A program made the position numbers and the translations under genes. From Verrucomicrobiota bacterium JB023 (GTDB lineage Bacteria > Verrucomicrobiota > Verrucomicrobiia > Verrucomicrobiales > Akkermansiaceae): a stretch of DNA of 64,000 nt. The stretch lies in NCBI GenBank assembly GCA_030673895.1, contig JAUTCR010000015.1:753-64752 (forward strand). Reading direction: 5' to 3'. The notes under the pieces were generated by a model. The model ran no database searches, had not been told where the DNA came from, and saw only the letters and a list, made by a program, of their open reading frames with translations. Positions 57,294-64,000 of this stretch are shown piece after piece; the stretch's first letter is position 1, and every line of letters begins with the position of its first letter.

Positions 57294-58397
57294 CTACTCG
57301 TCCGCGTTGGCTTGCTCGCCGGGCTGGAGGGGAAGGGTCAGCGTGAAGGTGGATCCTTGTCCGGGGGCACTACGAACTTGCAGGGTGCCGGCCATGGCTT
57401 GAGCCAGTTCCCGGCTGATAGCGAGGCCAAGGCCCAAGCCTTTCGCTTTATCTTCGCGGCCTCCGACCTGGATGAAAGGCTGGAAGATCCTCTCCAGATC
57501 ATCCTCCTGCATCCCGCATCCGGTGTCCTCGACCTCAAAGCAAACCGTCTGATCGTCTCGTCTCAGACGCAGGCTGATCCGCCCCTCCGTCGGGGTGAAC
57601 TTGAGGGCGTTGGTGATGAGATTGAGCAGGATTTGCTGGACTCGCTTCATCTCACCCGAGAAGACCACATCCTCGGGCAGCTCCTCGACCTCGAAGGTCA
57701 CCGCAGAGGTAGTGAGGCGGGGCTTCAGGACAGATACGGTGCGGGAAAGGCACTCGTTGGCTGAAACGGCTTCGTTTTGAATCTCCAGTTGCCCGGATTG
57801 CAGTCGCTCGAAGTCGAGAATGTCGCTGATCAGGTGGCCGAGATTGGTGCCGGCCTCTTGGCAGGATTGCAGCAGCTCCCGCTGCGTCTCATTGAGCGGT
57901 CCGAGGTTCTCCTCCAAAAGAAGATCGACGGACATCGAGATTGATTGGAGAGGATTGCGAAGATCATGGGAGATCATCCGGAGGAACCGTCCTTTGGCTT
58001 CATTGGCTTGGATGGCCTGCTTTTTTGTGCTCACCAGCTCATCCTCGATGCGGGCCCGGCGAGCCATCCGAGCAAAGCCGACTTCGATAGTGGTTCGGCC
58101 CTCACTCAGGCTCCGGGCTGCGGAAAGGAGCACGGGCAGCGGGGCACCCGTTCTCGTGACAAGATTGAGATAAATTTCTTCCAGCGCTTGGCCTATCCCC
58201 AGATGAGGAAGGCAATGCGCGTCAAAGTAGAGGCTCCCCGCTCGATCAAGCAGGGTATCGAAGCGGCGGCCCACGAGGTCATCTTTCCCATAGTCGAGCC
58301 AGTGCAGGAGGGTGGCATTCACTTCCAGGATCCTGAGATCCTCGTCTGTTCGTATCAGACCGAACAGCTGGGAACCATTGAAGGAGGAAGAAGTCAT
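57294..58397 (-). CDS. cytoplasmic PAS-domain sensor histidine kinase
   Basis: N-terminal PAS-like region (ILEVNATLLHWLDYGKDDLVGRRFDTLL), H-box MISHDLRNPL and a G2 box GLGLGLAISRELA. No TM helices. Confidence 0.85.
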   Translation of the reverse strand: MTSSSFNGSQLFGLIRTDEDLRILEVNATLLHWLDYGKDDLVGRRFDTLLDRAGSLYFDAHCLPHLGIGQALEEIYLNLVTRTGAPLPVLLSAARSLSEGRTTIEVGFARMARRARIEDELVSTKKQAIQANEAKGRFLRMISHDLRNPLQSISMSVDLLLEENLGPLNETQRELLQSCQEAGTNLGHLISDILDFERLQSGQLEIQNEAVSANECLSRTVSVLKPRLTTSAVTFEVEELPEDVVFSGEMKRVQQILLNLITNALKFTPTEGRISLRLRRDDQTVCFEVEDTGCGMQEDDLERIFQPFIQVGGREDKAKGLGLGLAISRELAQAMAGTLQVRSAPGQGSTFTLTLPLQPGEQANADE

Positions 58398-58403
58398 GGG
58401 CGA

Positions 58404-59231
58404 TCAGCAGCCAGTGCGCGGCAAATTTTGATTAATGAGGTAAGCATCAATGAGGGTCGCTGTCTCCGAGGGGTGAGTCATGTGCGGACAATGTCCCCCG
58501 ATGGGAAGGCATTGCCGCTCGCTGCCTCTGATCTTCTGATGAACGAGGTCAATTGCTGACTGGGGAGACACTCGGTCGTCGCGGCATTGGATGATGAGCG
58601 GCGGTGTCTGGAGCGGCTTGAGATCCTCCCGATTGTCAGAGAAAAATGTGGCGCGGGCAAAGTCACGGGCGGCCAAGGGATCGGCTGCGCAGAAGCTTTC
58701 TTTTAGCTCCGCCGTTAGCTCGGGTCGCTCCTCGTTGGCCATCACGATGGGAGCCAGCACGCTGGCCCAGCCGAGATCATTTCTCTCCATGAGGTCGAGC
58801 AGACCTTCGAGGTCCTCGCGATTGAATCCGCCTTGGTAGCCGGAGGGCTCATTGAGGTAGCAGGCAGAAGGGACAAGCAAAATGAGGTGAGAAAAGAGCT
58901 CGGGTTCCATCTGCTGGGCGAGAAAGCCGATCATGCAGCTGACGGAGTGACCGACAAAGATGATGTCTCGGAGCTTGGCCGCACTAGCAATATCGACCAC
59001 GTCGCGGGCATACCCCTCGAGGTTGGTGTAGCGAGAGGAATCGTATTGTGACGTGTCGGAGTTGCCGAAGCCTAGGTAATCGAAGCAGACCGTTTGGAAG
59101 CGATCCTCGAAGTGCGGAGCGAGGAAGCGCCACATCGATTGGTCACAGCCGTAGCCGTGGGCGAACATCATGGGCTGGGAGCCTGCTCCGGCGAATTGAA
59201 CATGGTGAGTTCTAAGTGGAGAGGCGCCCAT
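58404..59231 (-). CDS. RsbQ/KAI2/D14-family alpha/beta hydrolase
   Basis: MFAHGYGCDQSMWRFLAPHF, nucleophile elbow FVGHSVSCMIG, Asp region QCRDDRVSP and His region GGHCPHMTHP. ATG at 59231. The stop lies 6 nt before the kinase start. Confidence 0.8.
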   Translation of the reverse strand: MGASPLRTHHVQFAGAGSQPMMFAHGYGCDQSMWRFLAPHFEDRFQTVCFDYLGFGNSDTSQYDSSRYTNLEGYARDVVDIASAAKLRDIIFVGHSVSCMIGFLAQQMEPELFSHLILLVPSACYLNEPSGYQGGFNREDLEGLLDLMERNDLGWASVLAPIVMANEERPELTAELKESFCAADPLAARDFARATFFSDNREDLKPLQTPPLIIQCRDDRVSPQSAIDLVHQKIRGSERQCLPIGGHCPHMTHPSETATLIDAYLINQNLPRTGC

Positions 59232-59507
59232 GGGATGAGATTCGAGAGGAAAGACTAATGGAGCAAGCCTTTTTGAAAATCGACGGAGCGGATGGGTGGT
59301 CTCGTAACCTACGGCGCTGACCAGTACGAGTCGAAACCGCAACGGCGAGAGTCGGAGAGAACCCAATGTTGATCCTTGCCAATGAAACGGGCAAAGCGGT
59401 CAGCTGAAGGCCACTTCGGGTGCCGCGTCAATTCGCTCCTTGGCAAGGCAGACGCTTTTCACTCCCCATGTCGGGTGAATAGTTTGGCTCGGGTGGTCTG
59501 CTGGACC

Positions 59508-60176
59508 TTAGCTTGACGGAGCGGTTAACCATTCTGCGACCTCTTGGACAGTTGCGAACTCAGGGACCCAAGAGAGGTCAGCGGGGAGGTCGGAGGTGAA
59601 TTCGCAACGCAAACGGACGGGATGGGCGCCGGATGCGATGGCAGCGTGCTGATTGTAGATGCGGTCATCGACAAGGATGGTTTCGTCCGGATTGAGGTCG
59701 TATTTTTGATAGCAGGCGCGGAGGCTGTCCTCCTTTGCGGTGTCGTGCATGAACTCTCCGTGCTGGACGCATTCGATGGTGAGAAAGTCGGTGACGGGGG
59801 CGAGGATGTCCCGGAGGTAAGCTGTCTTGGCCTCGACATCGAAGGTGGCAGACATCGTGAACTGGCGGTAGCCGGCCTCGTTGAGCTGCTTGAGAGTCTC
59901 AATGACGCCGGGATAGAGGGGGCGGTTTCGGAAGTAGGATTGGTCTGCGCAGAAATCGCGGTCCATCGCAGTGCCGAGTTCCGGGTGGGTCTTGAGTTCA
60001 AGCGCACCGTAATCGGGGAGAATGGGAAGGACGTCAGGCAACTGTTCCCATTTGAGGCCCGCGTAGCGGTCGCGGTAGTTCGGGTGCCGGGTGAGGAAAT
60101 GAAAATAGGCGTAATTGAGGTTGGCGAGAACGCCATCAACGTCCCAGAAGATGTTTTTGATTTGGGCGGGGTTCAT
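59508..60176 (-). CDS. HAD-superfamily hydrolase (nucleotidase-like)
   Basis: Motif I FWDVDGVLA and motif IV-like VDDRIYN. Confidence 0.6.
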   Translation of the reverse strand: MNPAQIKNIFWDVDGVLANLNYAYFHFLTRHPNYRDRYAGLKWEQLPDVLPILPDYGALELKTHPELGTAMDRDFCADQSYFRNRPLYPGVIETLKQLNEAGYRQFTMSATFDVEAKTAYLRDILAPVTDFLTIECVQHGEFMHDTAKEDSLRACYQKYDLNPDETILVDDRIYNQHAAIASGAHPVRLRCEFTSDLPADLSWVPEFATVQEVAEWLTAPSS

Positions 60177-60628
60177 GGATGGATGGGTGGCGGGGCGGAT
60201 GGAGTTCTAAACCGCGAAGACGTGATAGCGCAAAGGTTGGATGTGTATTGAAGAGGGAGGTTTTTGAGATGAAGGGGGGATGTTTCCAAACTGCGAAGGG
60301 CGGATGGTTTCTCTGGTCAGGAGGGATGGGGACTCTGAGAAGCTCGGACGTCGGAGGAGTGGTTGAAGTGGACCTCGCTGAACGCTCTTTTTGGGATTCA
60401 TTCGTCGGTGGCAAAGGACCGCGAGCTTTAGTTCGCCCCAGAAGCATCAGCTTGAGCCATTAGCTGTCGGTAGCCTGATTGAACGACCGAATGGTTGACC
60501 GTTGAAGCTGCGGAGCACGCCTCCAGTGCGGAGGATGAAGCCGAAATTTCCATACCCCGTAGGCAAAGCCACCGCCAGCTTACGCTCCCCTGTCAGAAAT
60601 CCGCTTTTGAGTTTTTGCTCACCCAGGC

Positions 60629-61147
60629 TTGAGTGCTGGGGTGGCAGACATTTGGGATGCAGAGAAACGGTCGTGGGTGATGTCGCGGATTCGGTCGAAG
60701 GACACGAAGCCGGAAATCGTGGTGCGGTCGATTCTGCATCGGCTGGGGTATCGCTTCACGGTGAACGGGCCGTTGAACCGCAGTTTGCCGGGAAAGCCTG
60801 ATATCGTTCTGCCAAAGTGGGGGACGGTGGTGCTGGTGCACGGCTGTTTTTGGCATGCCCATTCGCCCTGCAAGATCTTCAAGTTGCCGAAGACTCGCAC
60901 GGAGTGGTGGAGCGAGAAGTTGGGCAACAACAAGGAGCGGGATGCGCGGGTGAAGCGGGAGTTAAGGAAGGCAGGCTGGCGAGTGGTGACAGTTTGGGAG
61001 TGCCAGCTGTCAACGGTGCCTAAGTTGGAGAAGTTGGTGGAGAGGCTGGGGTGGGAGATTGAGGGGAAGAAGAAGGTGGAGAGGTATTCGTTGCCGGCAG
61101 GACGAGTCGCGCGGGTTGCGGAAGAGGTGAAGGGGTATCGGAGCTAG
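60629..61147 (+). CDS. vsr: very-short-patch repair endonuclease
   Basis: SRIRSKDTKPEIVVRSILHRLGYRF, KPDIVLPKWGTVVLVHGCFWHAH, WWSEKLGNNKERD and VTVWECQL. TTG start as given by the track. Confidence 0.9.
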   Translation: MSAGVADIWDAEKRSWVMSRIRSKDTKPEIVVRSILHRLGYRFTVNGPLNRSLPGKPDIVLPKWGTVVLVHGCFWHAHSPCKIFKLPKTRTEWWSEKLGNNKERDARVKRELRKAGWRVVTVWECQLSTVPKLEKLVERLGWEIEGKKKVERYSLPAGRVARVAEEVKGYRS

Positions 61148-62508
61148 CAAATCTGCAGATCGACTTCCTCCAAGTTGTGATAAATCTGTTTAATATTCTT
61201 AGAGGCTATTCTAAATTGGCTCCTTCGTTTGACTCTCGGTTTTGTAGAGGAGTTTTCCAATTTGATACCCGGATCGTAGTAAACAAAACCTTCAGATAAT
61301 GCAGTTAGCAGGAGAATCGAGCTTGTAGACTCAGCAAATCTAACAAATCGACCATAGCGGTATTCTAATCCAATGTTTTTTCTGCTCATTGAGGGAACAT
61401 AAGCTGCGTTGGAGTGTTTTCTTGACCAGTGTTCCAAGACCGATGCAAATTGCCATGAAGCTGCTACTTCGTCATTTTGCGCAACCAACTCTATTGCTCC
61501 TTCAGCATCTACGAGCTTCTTTTCTGCAGAGTCAAAGCCTCGGAGGCTAAGTGATAACTTAGTTCTAACTTGCGGCTCCCCAATTTTGTGGACTCCTCCA
61601 AAATTTAGGCGATCTTGTCTACCTTGTTGGTCAGGGTAACCAAATTTTCTTACGAATGCCTCCACTCCGTCACTCCGATAAAATCCGCCAGTTGGTTCGG
61701 GTGTCATTAGTGTGATAGCACCTCCCGAACTAGGTCTATTCAAATTACTGACTCGGTGTTGTTTAAGTTCCCAGCCCAAAAAGTCCGGAGTAGCATCGCT
61801 ATTTTTTGGTATTCCCAGTTCAGCTTCTAGTGTCAGTCCGCCGCAGTTTGGGGCGTTACATGGATCAACGCTTCCATCTCCGGAAAGCTGTTTGGAGGCA
61901 ATCCACTTCTTCATGTAGATATCCCTCAATCGACTTCTTAGTTGATCCTTGGATTGGTGAGGATCTATGGTGTCGGGAAGTGGGATATGAAAGAAGACTA
62001 GACGGTCTTGAAAGAAGTCACTTCCGTCGAACTCTTTTGATATGGTACTTCCGCCTGCGGAGACAAATCCGATTACTTTTTGGTCATCAGTTACTCCAAG
62101 AAAGAGAACTCGACCTCGCATTTGAGATTGCTTTTCTTTGCCGGCTTGTGCCGAGCGCTTTCTGTCGAGCATGAGATTATTTGGCCCATTACAGCATCCT
62201 TGAAGAAATCCCGAAAATCGAACTTCTGGATATTGTGCGTACAGAATGAGTTGTGCATTCGGAGCGGGGTGGACAACTCCATCAAAATCCAGCCATCCAA
62301 AATCCATTTTAGCCTTAAAACTAGGGCCCTTTTTTGTGTTCTCTGCATATATGGTTTTGGAAGGGAGCATCTGAAGTGCTTCTGCAGAACCAGCAAAGTA
62401 TATTTGGTTTTTTGAATTGTCGTTCTCTGACAATTTTTTCGCATAGAGGCGTATTGCTCCAGCATCTCTGAAGGCTTGTGATAGTTTTGAGATTGATTCG
62501 AAGCTCAT
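61144..62508 (-). CDS. type II restriction endonuclease (MvaI/BcnI-like C-terminal nuclease with extra N-terminal domain)
   Basis: The C-terminal half has PDFLGWELKQHRV...AITLMTPEP and the tail RRSQFRIASKNIKQIYHNLEEV, which resemble BcnI (GEFELKGMR...LTLFHKKP; LRIPISKLDKLYRNIE). It starts 10 nt downstream of the methyltransferase stop. A/T-rich. Confidence 0.6.
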   Translation of the reverse strand: MSFESISKLSQAFRDAGAIRLYAKKLSENDNSKNQIYFAGSAEALQMLPSKTIYAENTKKGPSFKAKMDFGWLDFDGVVHPAPNAQLILYAQYPEVRFSGFLQGCCNGPNNLMLDRKRSAQAGKEKQSQMRGRVLFLGVTDDQKVIGFVSAGGSTISKEFDGSDFFQDRLVFFHIPLPDTIDPHQSKDQLRSRLRDIYMKKWIASKQLSGDGSVDPCNAPNCGGLTLEAELGIPKNSDATPDFLGWELKQHRVSNLNRPSSGGAITLMTPEPTGGFYRSDGVEAFVRKFGYPDQQGRQDRLNFGGVHKIGEPQVRTKLSLSLRGFDSAEKKLVDAEGAIELVAQNDEVAASWQFASVLEHWSRKHSNAAYVPSMSRKNIGLEYRYGRFVRFAESTSSILLLTALSEGFVYYDPGIKLENSSTKPRVKRRSQFRIASKNIKQIYHNLEEVDLQIC

Positions 62509-62518
62509 GCTTAATAGT

Positions 62519-63811
62519 CTACGGTGTGTCCTTCAGAACAAGGTCAGGAGAGTAATTAGCTGGTCTCTCAAGACTAGCTACAACCTTTTGGGCAATTTTT
62601 GAAACTACAGGAACTACTACAGAGTTCCCAAATTGCTTGTAGGCTTGTGTATCTGATACAGGAATATTGAAGGTGTCTGGGTAACCCATTAGGCGAGCAC
62701 ACTCCCGAGGCGTGAGTCGTCTGGGATTTTTGGGTTTCCTTTGTTTAATGAGGATTTCGGACCCGTCCTTGTAGTAGCGAGCACTCAAAGTGCGTGTAGT
62801 GTCGCTTGGTCCATTGATTCCGAAGCCAAAGCCGTTACCTGCAGCCTTATGCTTAGCGGCGTAGTTTTGGAGGTAAGTCCAAAGATGGTCGGTCAGGGTG
62901 TATTTTGACTCGACTTTCTTCTCTAGAATTGAAGAAAGCTTTGGTCCTTCTTCATTGAACTCTGGGAACTCGAACCATCTTGGCTCTCTAAATCCGACGA
63001 GGAAAATTCTTTCCCTGTGCTGGGGAACAACAGATTTCGCGTCAATCACTTTATGGTAAAGCGTGTAGCCCAGTGCCTCAGTTAGAGTTCTCCGAATCAC
63101 ATCGAAGGTGTGACCTTTGTCGTGTGACTTTAAATTTTTTACGTTTTCAAGAACGAATGCCCTTGGCCGGTGAACATCGATTATATCGGCAATGGAAAAG
63201 AAGAGGTTACCTTGTTTTTCATCACTAAAGCCATGTTTGCGGCCGAGAGAGTTCTTTTTTGAGACGCCTGCAATGGAGAAGGGTTGGCAGGGGAAGCCTC
63301 CGCACAAAATATCGTGCCTAGGAATAGCTGCTGGTGCGATCTCGTGGATATCGCCGAAAGGTTCTTCTCCAAAGTTGGCTTCGTAAGTCTTGCGGGCATA
63401 TTTGTCCCAGTCACAAGACCAAACGCAGCGAGCACCGGTTGATTCGAAGCCGATGCGAAAGCCGCCAATTCCGCAAAATAGATCGATGAAACGGTGTGAG
63501 GCTTTTTCAGTACTATATTCAGAAATTTCTTCCCTAACTGCTGCAGCGGAGAGTGGTTGGGGTAGTGTGGAGCAGTCTGGCTTTCTGTCCTGCAGGTTCG
63601 AGAGGAGTTCTCCAAGATCGACACCAAGAGCTGAGGCTAGTTTTGACGCTGTCTGAATTGTTGGATTCCGTTCTGCGCGTTCGAGCCCCCCGATGTAAGT
63701 TCGGTTCAGGTCGGCACGAAGAGCCAACTCTTCTTGTGAGAGGCCTGCTTTTTCCCTGACTTGTCGGAGTCGGAGACCAAAGGCGACCGAAAGAGGATCC
63801 TTTTTGGGCAT
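62519..63811 (-). CDS. DNA (cytosine-5)-methyltransferase with N-terminal XRE-type HTH domain
   Basis: HTH region [37 protein letters not shown]. Motif [10 protein letters not shown], motif [11 protein letters not shown], motif VI LENVKNL and motif X QFGNSV. Confidence 0.9.
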   Translation of the reverse strand: MPKKDPLSVAFGLRLRQVREKAGLSQEELALRADLNRTYIGGLERAERNPTIQTASKLASALGVDLGELLSNLQDRKPDCSTLPQPLSAAAVREEISEYSTEKASHRFIDLFCGIGGFRIGFESTGARCVWSCDWDKYARKTYEANFGEEPFGDIHEIAPAAIPRHDILCGGFPCQPFSIAGVSKKNSLGRKHGFSDEKQGNLFFSIADIIDVHRPRAFVLENVKNLKSHDKGHTFDVIRRTLTEALGYTLYHKVIDAKSVVPQHRERIFLVGFREPRWFEFPEFNEEGPKLSSILEKKVESKYTLTDHLWTYLQNYAAKHKAAGNGFGFGINGPSDTTRTLSARYYKDGSEILIKQRKPKNPRRLTPRECARLMGYPDTFNIPVSDTQAYKQFGNSVVVPVVSKIAQKVVASLERPANYSPDLVLKDTP

Positions 63812-64000
63812 CCCCAAGATTGAACGCGGGTCTCACTAAGAGGCGACCGACTATGAGTAGCAAATAGTGTCCTTTTTTAGGCAGAACTTTGGCAATTGGC
63901 CTCACCAGCAGGTGCGAAATTCTCTGTTTGAGGTGGGGGATTTAAAATTGGGCTAGAGCCGGTGTTTTTTGGTCCACGAAAGGTGCGAAGGTTCTAGGTG

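Noticed and set aside
60177-60628. 450-nt gap between the HAD hydrolase gene and vsr, with ORFs 60179..60463 and 60502..60801, considered as possible decayed genes or an island border.
   Set aside because: The peptides are featureless. I saw no inverted or direct repeats that would mark an insertion border. G+C by eye is host-like, so the compositional break lies at 61144-61147 rather than here.

Overview
High-GC bacterial chromosomal window: hand-counted 60-nt lines in clpB and vsr give about 63% G+C. The gene content fits a PVC-superphylum, Verrucomicrobiota-like organism (inference): two PEP-CTERM proteins, an exosortase/EpsI pair, sulfotransferases, and large secreted propeller, cupredoxin and dihaem proteins. 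Layout: (i) nt 2-15061 is one long plus-strand polysaccharide operon. It holds 2 sulfotransferases, 3 glycosyltransferases, an epimerase, a Wzy-like protein, exosortase, EpsI, a DPPR-synthase-like UbiA prenyl-phosphate phosphoribosyltransferase, a polytopic membrane protein, an O-antigen-ligase-like protein and the priming sugar transferase. (ii) 15-20 kb holds prs-rplY-pth-rpsF-ssb and a convergent rlmN. (iii) 19.5-23.9 kb holds a lipoprotein plus Kv-type K+ channel, an ECF sigma/anti-sigma/LTXXQ trio, a cupin and a GYF membrane protein. (iv) 24-39.5 kb holds purM, pxpA plus fused pxpBC, ddl-ftsQ-ftsA, cmoB, a CAP-domain protein, clpB, fabD and tRNA-Asp. (v) 40-50 kb holds a PEP-CTERM protein, a 918-aa propeller/cupredoxin protein, a YitT protein, a GH27/36-like hydrolase, a tandem 318-bp MITE-like repeat and an SLC13 permease. 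(vi) 50-56 kb is a minus-strand cluster: small CPxC membrane protein, propeller/dihaem protein, PEP-CTERM protein, His-rich barrel, MoxR. (vii) 56-60 kb holds panE, an RsbQ-like hydrolase plus PAS histidine kinase, and a HAD hydrolase. (viii) 60.6-64 kb holds vsr and an A/T-rich type II restriction-modification cassette. I saw no rRNA, CRISPR array, transposase, integrase or phage genes. I cannot show that any wholly new system is present. The best candidates for a second look are the exosortase operon carrying a mycobacterial-type polyprenyl-P-pentose donor enzyme, the RsbQ-like hydrolase/PAS-kinase module, the restriction enzyme with an apparently chimeric architecture, and the tandem inverted-repeat element at 46.8-47.5 kb. 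Start codons were refined by hand from the ORF track. All functional calls rest on motif recognition, not on database searches.
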